Assembly: GCF_001194135.2 (NCBI RefSeq)
Contig: NC_068983.1
Location: forward strand, 2,732,769 to 2,771,108
Direction: 5' to 3'
Source: Octopus bimaculoides
Lineage: Eukaryota
DNA: 38,340 bases
Shown here one piece after another: positions 10,593 through 22,165 of the stretch (position 1 is the first letter of the stretch; every line of letters begins with the position of its first letter). Made by a program: the position numbers and the translations under genes. The notes under the pieces were generated by a model. The model made no database searches. It had not been told where the DNA came from and was given only the letters and a program-made list of their open reading frames with translations.

Positions 10593-10774
10593 ACCGATAG
10601 AAAAAGTAAAATCCTACTTTTGTGTTTGTTGTTGGATAGATATTTTGTTTGTGTTTTGCTTGTGTATGTCAGCCGGCATTGATTAGAGAAGAAGAGAGAA
10701 AAAGAAAGAGCTGACGTGGAAATGCTAACCTTGTCAGCGTTTTCAATATGGAAAAAAAATTAGACAAAACATTC

Positions 10775-10775
<1 letters not shown>

Positions 10776-10836
<61 letters not shown>
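10776..10836. repeat. (AGT)n microsatellite
   Basis: Directly visible; an (AAC)n tract is also present at 10561-10592. Confidence 0.95.
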
Positions 10837-10839
<3 letters not shown>

Positions 10840-11870
10840 ACTTCTGCAGTCAACAACGACAGTGGTTGCAGTATTGAAGTTGTAAAGAATAGAGAACGTT
10901 TCCCGTTTCGGAAAAGAGGGAGAAAGAAATACTTTAGAAGTAAGGGAGCAGTGTCGGTGTTTTGGGTCAGTTCTCCACACAGAACAGAAGCAGAAGAAGT
11001 GGAGAAACATATATTCAAATAAAACAGACCAGAAGATGTAAGCAAGATGTCGGCAAACGACGATTGTTGTACGCAGGTCGAAGATGAGACCTGGCTTGGA
11101 CTATTTAGGAGGGTGCAGTGCAATGTGTCGAAGAATCTATGTATTGTGTGGATCTGATACTTTTTGTGGGAGAATACTGGTGACGGTATTTGTGTTGGCG
11201 TATTTTGCTAGAGATAAACATGAGTGGTTTGACTGCAACATGTGAACAACTAACCTCCCGCACGAAAGTGGAAAGTTAGTTGTTGCTCACGTTGTAACCG
11301 AGATATGGGAGAAGCATAGTGTAAGACATTATTGCAGGGTTGAAGGGAAGTATGGCTGAGGTCGTTGATATGGTGAGCTGCAAGAGAACCGTGTTCCTTC
11401 GCATAGCCGCGCCTGTAAACTGCCGGCCACATAGTCGGCTTTCTATACATATTTCTGAGATGGAGGGGTAATGGTGTAATGAACGTACAAGTGTAGCCGC
11501 GGGGATGGAAAGAGACATAAGTTTCGAGCCGAGTGTGTGCAGGGGCTCTTCCCTTCCTCAAGAATTGTTTCTGTCTTCATTCTTTCCTTACCAAAAAGAC
11601 CACAATTTGAAGCTTGAGACATTCTCTCTATTTCTTCCTCACAATATACAAATAACTACAAACTATACATTTTTATTCTCTGTATGCACCCGCGCGCGCC
11701 TTTTTTTTTTTTGGTATTTTTTCCTGCTCCGTTTGTTCTTGATACATTCTCGCTAGACTGCCCATCAATCGGCCACGGTCAACCAGTCGGGTTATCGAAT
11801 TACGATCAAGTCAGATTACACGAAAGCTACAAAGTGTTTTTGAAAAGCTGATAATTTCTAATACATATAT

Positions 11871-11926
<56 letters not shown>

Positions 11927-12299
11927 TCATGTAATTATACTAACACACACACACACACACACATACACACACACACACACACAATTCACACATTAAAACA
12001 CACAAGATTTATAAAACAGACAGACAGACAGACAGAGTGTGTGTGTGTATGTGTGTGTGTGCGTGCGTGTGCGTGTGTGCGTGCGTGTGTGCGTGCGTGC
12101 GTGTGTGTGTGTGTGTGCGTGCGTGTGTGTGTGTGTGTGTGCTTATTCGTTAACTGCTTCGAATGTTTGCAGAGCGTCGCCATTGGCTGACATCGACTTC
12201 TTTCATGATTATTGATTCTGGGGAAGATTTTTCAACTCAACTTTTAATATTTTTATCAATGTTCGTTAATTATCGCTGTTGTCATTTATCTCGAGGTCA

Positions 12300-12455
12300 A
12301 AGTTCATTGAACTGACCTGTGATCAAAAGTATTGCAGCCGTGACCATCCCATCTGGTGTGGGATATCTAAAACTACTTTGCATAATGCATCCTTCCTTAG
12401 TTATAATTTCATTTGAGGAAGAATGTTACTGTCATTTCTAACAGTTCGATCAATC
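12300..12455 (+). mobile_element. SINE-like repeat fragment (same family as 3375-3550)
   Basis: Mutual alignment with the reverse complement of 3375-3550. Confidence 0.55.
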
Positions 12456-13531
12456 ACTTTAATGATCTTTCATTGATTAATTGCAAAGTATGGTGATCTG
12501 GTGCTACTAACTTTGGTAGGTTGTAATGAATGGAGGAGACTAAGTGCTTCTAGTATCGCCTAGTGGTAATGAAAAGTGAGTTAATGTTGCGAACGTTGGT
12601 GAGTTGCGGTGAATAAGTATTTAATGGAATCAATGTTGGTTCATTTTAATGATTAGTGATTTTAGAATTGCTAACGTTTGCTGATACAACTGATTGGTGA
12701 TTTAGTGTGACACAACAAATACATAAATCGTTCCTATTGAGGAATATTTCACGAGGTAACTCTATCGAACTTTTAATAATTACGAGTATTGTGTTCTTTA
12801 TTTTCGTCTTCGTAAATGGTTTGGAATGTTCGCAACATTCCAAAGGAAGGTCACCCCTGTGTTTATGATTGATATACAGGAAAAAAAACACATGATTGTT
12901 CTTCTTTATGTCTTATTTTTCTATATTTGACAAAAGCAGCCAACACAGAAGAAATTTGCATTGATTTAGATCCGTCAAATTTCGTAAATCTGCATCAATC
13001 TCTCTTATCTAAACAGTTACTACACCAAAGATGGAACCAAGGAATTCTATACTTTCCTTTTTTTTTTCAATTCTAATATTAAATCATTCACAGACTTGTA
13101 GCCAGGTAGAAAGAAAATTGATGCTACTAGATGGTATAAACTTTGGTTAAAATCTACAGTTTGTTGGAAATAACGCAACGAAAGAAAATTTTTAAACATT
13201 CTTATAAAAAAAAATTATAAGAAACCCTAAAACAATAATCTTAGCCAAAGTTTGGTGATCGAACTGATTAGAAATATTCTTCTGGTTCTATTTCCTCTAC
13301 ACGAAATATTGTTGTTGATGCCCGGTGCTGACATATTTCAGCCTTAAAAGACTTTGCAGATATGAACAATTGAGACCACACCACGGGTCTGGATCAAGAA
13401 GTTTAACATGAAAAACTGCTCCATGGTGATGTGGAGGACTGATCATTAGATTATGACGTCACCGCAAGTCTCTTTATGTCTGCCACACTGTCGTATAATA
13501 AAAGTGAAGAATAATGTTCTGGATTGAGGCT

Positions 13532-13749
13532 GATATTGGCTTCGAACTTTGGCACCAGGCTGGTACTTTCGAGGGAGGGTGTAAATGACTCACATCGACG
13601 CCAGTGCTTAACTAGTGTTTATTTTATCGATGTCGAAGGGATAGAAGGCAAAGTCGTTCTCGTTGGAATTTGAACTCAGAACCTAAAGATGATCGGAAAA
13701 CCGCCAAGCAATTTGCCAGAGGCGGTAACGATTCTGCCAGTTCGCCGCT
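13532..13749 (-). mobile_element. tRNA-derived SINE (family of 14083 and 19476)
   Basis: Minus strand GCGGCGAACTGGCAGAATCGTT (A box) ... GAGTTCAAATTCC (B box) ... GACTTTGCCTTCTATCCCTTCGACATCGATAAAATAA central domain. Confidence 0.85.
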
Positions 13750-13766
13750 AAAGACCGAGACCAATA

Positions 13767-14057
13767 CAGTAATCCCTCGACTATCGCGGGTGTTAGGTCC
13801 CCCCACCCCGCGATAGGTGAAAATCCGCGACGGAGAAACAGTAGTGTACTGTATATTTTTTTAATTATTTTTTAATTTGTATATATATTTATTTTATTAT
13901 AAATGCAAAGCAACACTACGGAGGAATTGTCGTACGCTTAAATAATAAACCGCGATAGGTGAACCGCGATAGGTGAACCGCGATAGGTGAACCGTGATAG
14001 GTGAACCGCTATAGGTGAACCGCGATAGGTGAACCGCGATATGGCGACGGATTACAG
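13767..14057. mobile_element. pogo/Tigger-like MITE with TA target duplication and internal 14-bp array
   Basis: TIRs CAGTAATCCCTCGACTATCGCGG (13767-89) and the reverse complement of 14034-57, CTGTAATCCGTCGCCATATCGCGG; TA at 13765-66 and 14058-59. Confidence 0.85.
13948..14041. repeat. Tandem array of the 14-bp unit AACCGCGATAGGTG (6 full copies plus a partial)
   Basis: Units start at 13948, 13962, 13976, 13990, 14004, 14018 and 14032; a further copy of the motif lies at 13808-13821. Confidence 0.95.
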
Positions 14058-14082
14058 TATTAACAATATGGATGAGTAAAAA

Positions 14083-14286
14083 GGCGGCGAGATAACAGAA
14101 ACGTTAGCACGCCGGACCAAATGCTTAGCGTCCGTCTTTACGTTCTGAGTTCAAATTCCACTGAGATCGACTTTGACTTTCATCCTTTCGAGGTCCTTAG
14201 ATTAAGTACCAGTTGCATACTAGGGACGATGTAATCGACTGGCCCCCTCCCCAAAGATTCCGGGCCTTGTGCCTGGAGTAGAAAAG
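14083..14286 (+). mobile_element. tRNA-derived SINE with perfect 18-bp TSD
   Basis: B box GTTCAAATTCC at 14149-59; central GACTTTCATCCTTTCGAGGTC domain; TSD AATATGGATGAGTAAAAA at 14065-82 and 14287-304. Confidence 0.92.
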
Positions 14287-16042
14287 AATATGGATGAGTA
14301 AAAATAGCTCAGTGAAACCACGTTGCGTCATCAGTACAAATATGAAACGGTTTCACAAACGTGATAGTTTTCAACTGTCTACAGTACAGATGACGCACCG
14401 TATTCTTTGGGACTCAGATTCTTTGGAATTACTTTGGGGCTCAAGTTTCGGATTTCATCTTACGGCTTGCAACTTGTATCATGAAAGTTTAGTATCAGCG
14501 ATTTCTTTGTTCTAGATAAAAACCTGGTCGAAAATGGATACCGCCTTACAGAAACACTCACAGAATGTTAGAGTGTAATGTTGGAGGGGAGAGAGTTGAA
14601 CTAGTTTTTTAAGGGGGAGGGGATAAGAGACAAGGACAGAAGGTTGTTAAGGGTGGAGGATGGGTGATAAGAGGTATTTGTTTAAAAAGTGAAGGAACGG
14701 ATTCAGGAGTTTATTAAAGGTGAAGGTGTTAAAGGTCTATGTGAAAGGATGAGACGGAGGGCTTTATTGAGGAAGAATGGTTATCATTGAATATTTAAGC
14801 TAAGGTAGATTATATCTATGCACAGGATAATCAGATTGGTCTTCTGTGGAAATGATTTTCAAATGTTTTACCATTAACAGCAGCAACAGCAGCAGGAGAA
14901 ACAGCAGGTGAGCTAGATGTAGGTTCTATTGAGAGACAGAGAGAGAAAGAAAGAAAGAGAAAACCAGAAAGCTATGGCGTCGCGTTATTTTCAATTGAGA
15001 TAAATTGAATTAGAAAAGCTACTAAGACAAATATGGGAGAAGCATTATAAAAGCAACAAAACATTAATAAAGAAATTCTTGAATGTTTTAAAAGCTATAA
15101 AAGACTAAAAGAACGACAAGGCGTCTAGCTCTAATAGATATACGAGGTAGCTAGTTCTGGTTAATATTGAATATCGCTAAGTAATCCTACAGAGATAACA
15201 AATGTCGGTTGATTACGTAACGAAATCTAAAACTAATATTTTTAAACTTAAGAAAAAACATCAGCATTCGCAGAAGAAAGTCTGAAGTTATTGAATTTTT
15301 GCATAAGTACAAAAGGAGACATTGGATGTTGTGACATTCATGCTTTCAACAAGAATAAGCAGTAAATTAGATGGTTTATAAAAGATTTAAACATAAATTC
15401 CTCTTCATACACCCGATGCTTTATATTTCGTGTGTAAGACTGGAAAGTAGGTGTGGAAAGTAGGTGTGAGGGGAAAGCAATTTATATCGAGTAAGATGTC
15501 GTTTAAAATATATAAACAAGCCATTGGTTCTGGCTGAATTCTCTATAAAATACTACATTCATTAATGGTGACATATATATTTCGGCATTATTCGTCACAC
15601 GTTTATAGGAAGTGAGATATTTAATGGGTTGGTTATTGCTAAAGGCAGAAGCAATTAAAATACTATGTACAGTACGCCAGAGAAAGTCATATCTAGAAGA
15701 TTAGCAAGATGCCAAACTATAATGTGATCAATAAACTTCGATTAAGCCGGAGTTTAATTTTTAAAATAGAAGATTCTGTCTGGAAAGAAATATAAATCAC
15801 CCGGATTTTGTTGTAGATAAATGGTATTAGGTAGCACCGGTGCTTTTTCCGACAACTTTTAACAGCAAATAAGTAATGAATAACAGACGAGTGTATAGAT
15901 ATACACATATATACACAGAGCAACAGAGCAGACAGACAGACACACACACACACATAAGTTATTCGCGAGTTAGCAAGGCTACCATTGGTTTCTTACTGAG
16001 TGAAGATTACTCACCAAGCATAAATATATACATATACACACA

Positions 16043-16083
<41 letters not shown>

Positions 16084-16084
16084 G

Positions 16085-16508
16085 TTGCACTCATGGTCGC
16101 AAGATCGTGATTTCGATACTCAGACCGAGCGCTGCGCTGTGTTCTTGAGCAAGACCCTTCATTTCCCATTGCTCCAGTCCACTCAGCTGTAAAGGAGTCT
16201 CCCCTGCAAAGGACTGGCGTCCTGTTTAGAGACAGTGTCGTGATGGTGGTCACTTAGGCACCATAAGTCTACCCGCCTTGCTGGCATGCAGGCAACACTT
16301 AAAACCTACAGCCATGCAAAGAAGCGTATTGTGATCATCGGTGCATAAAAAAAAACATTCAATAGTCTAGTCGCTATTGTGAAGTGAGTGCAAAGAGAGA
16401 AAGCCTGCATGCAATTTAGAAGAAATTGCCTGACCTTCCAGCCTATTTTCTATTACGGCGGTGCTCCAGCATGACCGCAGTCAAATGACTGAAACAAGTA
16501 AAAGAATA
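16085..16508 (+). mobile_element. SINE head (tRNA plus CORE-like, family of 18080-18357) joined to a SINE tail; possibly composite
   Basis: GTGTTCTTGAGCAAGACCCTTCATTTCCCATTGCTCCAGTCCACTCAGCTG matches 18230-18285 on the minus strand; tail GGCGGTGCTCCAGCATGACCGCAGTCAAATGACTGAAACAAGTAAAAGAATA at 16456-16508. Confidence 0.6.
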
Positions 16509-17449
16509 TATATATATATATATATATATNNNNNNNNNNNNNNNNNNNNNNNNNNNNNNNNNNNNNNNNNNTATACAGTGAAGGATTATCAATGCAGGCA
16601 AAATACCTTATAAGCTCTTCGTTGGTACACCAGGCTAACAATATTGTTAAGATTAGTGAAGAACTCCAAGTATTCCAATGGCAGGGTCCAAGGTTCTGCT
16701 TCATCACGATTCTATGCAGTAAATCCTTGGTTGGGCTCCAGTCAAACTGGTTTTTACACAAAGTGATACGCAAGAGAAGGTATAAATAATAATCATTACA
16801 TATTTCTCCTTTATTAGAGTAAATTTGGCTCACAGCTGTTTCCGGTAGTCATTATAGGTGCATTACTGACAGGTTTACTCAATTGGTCATTTGATCAGCT
16901 GAGAAAAATTGAACGGCCTAAAGAGAAAAATAATGCTACTTTCCTAAGAACCGTTTCTGATTATGACAAATATTCTAATACTGAATATTCTTATATAATA
17001 TTCCGATGATATCAGTAGAAAATATGACGTTCTATATGATATTCATTATCGATCAATTGATTTAAACATTGATCAATTGATTTAAAGATTAAATGTCTAT
17101 CTACTAACCTGGTGTTAGTTATAAATAGAAGTTACAATATTCACCTCTATCAGGAAATTATTAAAATTCTGAGGGGAAACATTTCCATCAATGAACCGAA
17201 ACTGTATCGAGCTGTTCATATTGTCAAACAACAAATCTCCTTTTAAGTACAACCACCGACAGTTGTTGTTGTTGTTGTCGTTTTTGTTACTTCTCTTGTG
17301 ATTTTGCCGTTGTTGCTTCGTCCTTGGAATAACCTGTTTGAGCAGACTCATGACCATAACCCTTCTAACCGTGAACATCCCTCCTTTTCCTTATAGACAC
17401 ATTTTATCTATGACTGTTTTCAATGTATCCTTATTTCCTAAGATACCAT

Positions 17450-17520
17450 GTTTTGATTCAAGGAATATTTGGCTGTTATTTTTAGCATGTCAAGCGACCG
17501 CATTAAGGTTTCTGCGTTGA
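17450..17520 (+). mobile_element. Tail fragment of the repeat family at 3375 and 12300
   Basis: GATTCAAGGAATATTTGGCTGTTATTTTTAGCATGTCAAGCGACCGC resembles the ATTTGAGG...TATTTCTA.CA...GACCAC tail of those copies. Confidence 0.4.
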
Positions 17521-18079
17521 CCTGCTCATCAAACAGTACAGTATTCTAGAATAAAAGTCTAAACCTGATTACGAAGTGAGAAGCACCGAAACTTGGAAGA
17601 GATTTTTCTCCAGAAAATATAATCGTTTTTCTGAAGAAATTCATTCTGAGAATAGCATTTCGATTTTTTTTTTTTTTTGAAACTATCATTGAAAATGATA
17701 TTTACAAGCATTTAATAAATCAGCGATAAATAACTATTCAAGTGGGTAGGATGTTTGATTGCTGCGGTGGATGAGTTTTATCGAAGTCTAAGTTATTGAT
17801 CAGATAAAATGCATTAACCTCACAATGACCCACTCCAATAGATCGACCTCATCTTTGCCATCCTAAACCTTTAACCTCTTAATGACCTATTCCAGTACAT
17901 TAGACTCTCATCGGCCGCTACAATATGTAGAGTGAAGGATTTTAATTTACAGCAGATTACAGCAGAGAAGAAATTATGTAATTAACGAGTGTTCTTTGGA
18001 GTTAGTGGGGCAGCACTGCTGCGTTGTGTAATATTCCAGGGATTAAAGAAACAATTCTGCTGATCTTGTCATTGATTTT

Positions 18080-18357
18080 AAGGACCCAGCAATACGCCAC
18101 TGGCGAAGGTTCCAGTTGATCCGGTCAAGGGAGGAGCCTGCTCGTGAAATATCCCACCGACACGCGTACCCTTAACGTAGTTCTGAGAGAACGTGGCAAG
18201 ACGTTGAAATACAGGTACTAATCGTTTTTGCCAGCTGAGTGGACTGGAGCAACGTGAAATAAAGTGCCTTGTTCAAGGATACAACGCACCGCCAGGAATG
18301 GAACTCACAACATTAATATCGTGAGCCGAATACCCGAACCATTAAGCCACGCACTCT
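18080..18357 (-). mobile_element. tRNA-derived SINE with CORE-like domain
   Basis: Minus strand TGGCTTAATGG (A box), GAGTTCCATTCC (B box), then GTATCCTTGAACAAGGCACTTTATTTCACGTTGCTCCAGTCCACTCAGCTG. Confidence 0.8.
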
Positions 18358-19475
18358 ACTGGTGTCTTGTCATTTCTCTTTAAACACCCAACACTACATT
18401 ACTGCTGTTCATTTTTCATTTTTCATTTTTTTCATTTTCCATTTTTTCATTTTTCCTTCCAATCTAATATCGAAACGATTCATTCTGCGCTGATCTAAAT
18501 CACCCACAAGTTTCTTATTAGAGTCATAACATCGTTTCATAATAAAACGTGTTTCTTTACACGAAATACATCGACTCATGAATTAGAGTTTATAATATCG
18601 GTGACCTGGTTTTTACATGCTTTTAGCACGTAAAGGTAAACATGGTATTCAAAATATTCTAACAGTGATCATTATATGATTTTAATTATAAACATAATTT
18701 TTGCCGATACGATCGATCACGCTTTACAGACGAGAGTACGAAGCTTAACGAAGTCCAGTGTATTACTGGTACAAACTTTATCAACTTCAAAATTTTAAAA
18801 CATGATTTTGCTCCTCTCGGTATTCGAACCCATTAACTGGCAGTATCAAGATAAACAGATTTCGCTTCATCGTTCCAGTCACGTGACACTATAGGGGAGG
18901 AACGGTAGAGGTAAAACACAATCTGCTTAATTTAACGAGTGAAATGTTGTAATTGGTGTATAATGAGTCATTAGAACAACACCGGGTCACATGACTGGAT
19001 GAAATCATTACAGAAAACTATACACAACTCATTTAACACAGAATAAACATCCAGGGCTTTCCTAGCTTGGAAGATTATCAAGATTCTGTCAGTGGCAGCA
19101 AGCTGTGATCTAATGAAACAGATTTATCATTCTGTAATGATTCATCTTCATCGATCCCTTTAAACATTAGTGGCCAAAGCTCTTACCTTCCCAGAATTTC
19201 AACAAACCGGAACTCCCACCTTCCCTCTTTGTTTTCTTCCTGATGACTCGAAGAGTTTACGAACGCCATTCTCTATTCCGTTAGTTATTTACTGCTTTCA
19301 ATTCGTGAACTGCAGCCAAGGGTTTATTCGGTTATGGTAGTTTTAATATTCTTCTATCACTCTAGGACTTATCGAACTCCTAAGAAAGAATGGCAAAGAA
19401 TGACATAAATGGACGTAATCAAAATAGAACCAAAATACTGTAGACAAAGCGACAAATAATAGCGTGTAGAATATT

Positions 19476-19708
19476 TATTTCTTTATTGCCCACAGGGGGC
19501 TAAACATAGAAGGGACAAACAAGGACAAACAAAGGGATTAAGTCGATTACATCCACCCCAGTGCTTAACTGGTACTTATTTAATCGACCCCGAAAGGATG
19601 AAAGGCAAAGTCGACCTCAGTGGAATTTGAACTCAGAGCGTAGCGGCAGACGAAATACCGCTAAGCATTTCGCCCGGCGTGCTAATGTTTCTGTCAGCTC
19701 ACCGCCTT
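19476..19708 (-). mobile_element. Full-length tRNA-derived SINE with 16-bp TSD
   Basis: A and B boxes, central GACTTTGCCTTTCATCCTTTCGGGGTCGATTAAATAAGTACC domain, tail ending AATAAAGAAATAA; TSD TAGCGTGTAGAATATT at 19460-75 and 19709-24. Confidence 0.92.
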
Positions 19709-21285
19709 TAGCGTGTAGAATATTAGCTTAATAAAACTCCTATGTACGTATGTATAATTAGGAGGGGGCTTAGAAGGGGGAACGTGTGGAAAGTAAGAGA
19801 ATGTTGCTATTTATGTGTGTGGTTTGTGGGTGTAAGTGTTTGAGTCGTGCAGGCCTGGTGAGCCATCAAAATTCTCATAGAAATCGACCCATGATAAGCA
19901 ATGATGTGGCTATCACAGAACGTGTGTAAAATGTGGAAGGGTGTGCCTCTCAGGTGGAGGTCTAAAAAGACATATTAAGAGAGTGCATATGGTGGCACCT
20001 GTTTCTCCTGCCAGCCAGCACAGTTGTCTAGCAAGTAATGAAATGTGTAAAAGTTTGGCCAGGCTTAAAAGTCATATAATGCAATAATAATGAATCATGG
20101 CAATAATAATGAATCATTTCAGTAAGTCATTTTGGTAATGGATTTTCTCGTGTAATGAGGATGCGGCTGTTATGTATATATGTATGTATGGATGGATGTA
20201 TGTATATATGTATGTATGGATGGATGGATGGATGGATGGATGGATGCATGCATGCATGTATGTATGTATGTATGTATAAAGCGTGTACTTTGCAAGTACC
20301 TCATATTTATAGAGTTGTACATTAAATTAGTTTATAATTACATAGCGAATGATGAACGGAAATGACCTAAACCTGTCGCTTCAAGAAAATACTGTTCATA
20401 ACTAGCTTTGAAAATATCGATAATATATTTAACGAATCAATATATTTTGAGAGAGGGAAAGGGGTGAAGAGAAAGTGAATCTGAAATTGGCAACAAATCC
20501 GAAATTCCAAAGTTGAAACAATGACAATACACTTGATCCACATGTTTCAACGGAAACGAGATTTATTCAAACACAATTGGAGGAGTGACCAAAACAGTAA
20601 CGAATTTATCAAATATATTAAACTTAGAGAGTTGAATGGTGTTAAGAAAGGAAGCGAAAAAAAGGAAAAACAATGGAAAAGAGAAAAAAATACAGAAAAG
20701 AAAGACAAACTATTGTTTACGCCAAACGAAGGATAGAAAACATTACATTCTTTGAAACAGTTAGAGATATCAAAGACTTTCTTGAACTTCTACGTTTGAC
20801 TTGAGTATTGTTCCTGCTGTTCAAATAAATAGCGTCTCTCTGTCAGGAACCACATCATTCACTATTAGGAAATTTAACAAAAACAACAAAGTAACATAGG
20901 TACTTACAAATAGATATTCCACTTTCTCAGTCTAGACTTAAAACGTAAACATTTTTCCTGGAGGAAAACAAATGAAAAATTGATATATAATTAATGTGAC
21001 AAATAGTCACCTTCCAAAGTCTTCAAGAATTTAACAACTATCATTCGTTGTCGCATTTCTAGCATTTCATAAAGTGAAGAGGTTTTTTAATCGTGCATCT
21101 CTTTCATACGTTTTAAAAATAAGCAGCTCCCACAGGAAAGAAAAATATTATCTCATTACACCTCGCAATGTCTTAGCAAACATTGGAAGCCTGACAGCGT
21201 CTGGCTTAATTATCTTTTTATCATTTCGAGTGAGGCGTTCAAGAACTCAAACACACTTTTAAGATTTCAACAGATGTATTTTCTG

Positions 21286-22156
21286 ACTAGCTGAGGTGCC
21301 CGTTAATACCCGGGAGCGGGGATATTCCCAGTACCCATTACAATGCCTAATTTCTCTCAGACGAAAAATGAAATCAAGACATAGGATAGATAATAGAAGG
21401 CATACGCAAATTCATTCTCGAAACAATAATACAAATAAATACGTGTGGAATCGGAAAATGACAATCGCTTGGTCAGATGAGTGGAAAGCTGCAAAAATAT
21501 TATCAATGGAAACATCAAGAAAGGAGTGCTATGAAAAAGAAAAGAACATAAAATTTTGAAAAGTAGATAAAAAAAGTATTTAGAGAAAAGGCACTTAATT
21601 TGACGACTGTGTTTCATGGGTATAGTTCGACTAATCGTGAAAATCAAATATCGATTGCAACGGTTAGAAGTGACAATTTTAAGTGCAGGTGTTAAGAAAA
21701 TACATGTTACAGCAACCTGAGAATGCTGAAATAATTGATGAACATTTAACCCCACAACAATTAAGGCCAAATTTCGTTAATCAGTTAATGAAAATCATCT
21801 TACGCTTTGCTTGAGTAGCCTAGGTAAATATCTCAACCCATGCATAGCGCATATTCCATCTGTGTATAAAATTTCAAGAAAATCAGTTGAGAACTTTAGA
21901 AGTTATGGCAGAACATAACATTTATATGAGAATTTGCATTGAAACGTCCTATTGATTTTTGAAAAATCGATGCTGACTAAAAATTATCGATGCTTTTGAA
22001 ATTCCAAGTACGTAAGTGACCGCATGAGCATAAGCCCCACACACGTGTCAAGTTTCATCAAGATTGGTTGGATAGTCTCGGAGGAGTTAAAGTAACAAAT
22101 TCGCAAACACATTCACAGCCACAAATAGACAGAAATTGTCATTTATGCATATAGAT
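21286..22156 (+). mobile_element. Probable non-autonomous Helitron/Helentron-type element (HINE/DINE-like)
   Basis: Begins ACTAGCTGAGGTGCCCG with a small CCCG..CGGG hairpin, carries the AAGTTTCATCAAGATTGGTTG...GGAGTT motif (similar copy at about 21865-21905), a CA/GACA-rich stretch and a TATAGAT end, as in DINE-1/Lep1-type elements. Confidence 0.5.
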
Positions 22157-22165
22157 TAGTTAAAA

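Noticed and set aside
11250-11561. 103-aa minus-strand ORF in the CpG-richer segment
   Set aside because: No recognisable motif, and the length is compatible with chance at this GC content.
13948-14041. Short regular repeats as a CRISPR array
   Set aside because: Head-to-tail units with no spacers, inside a MITE, in eukaryotic DNA with no cas genes.
14083-14165. tRNA genes at A/B-box sites (also 43, 13749, 18357, 19708, 22460)
   Set aside because: No complete cloverleaf; each continues into a SINE body and tail, and two have TSDs.
19240-19270. CTGATGA followed by a CTC-GAA-GAG hairpin as a hammerhead
   Set aside because: Followed by GAAC rather than GAAA, and stems I and III cannot be formed. 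CTGATGA at about 4637 fails likewise.
7940-20120. Small tandem duplications (about 7945-7995, 15445-15470, 17053-17090, 20081-20118)
   Set aside because: Ordinary two-copy slippage duplications.
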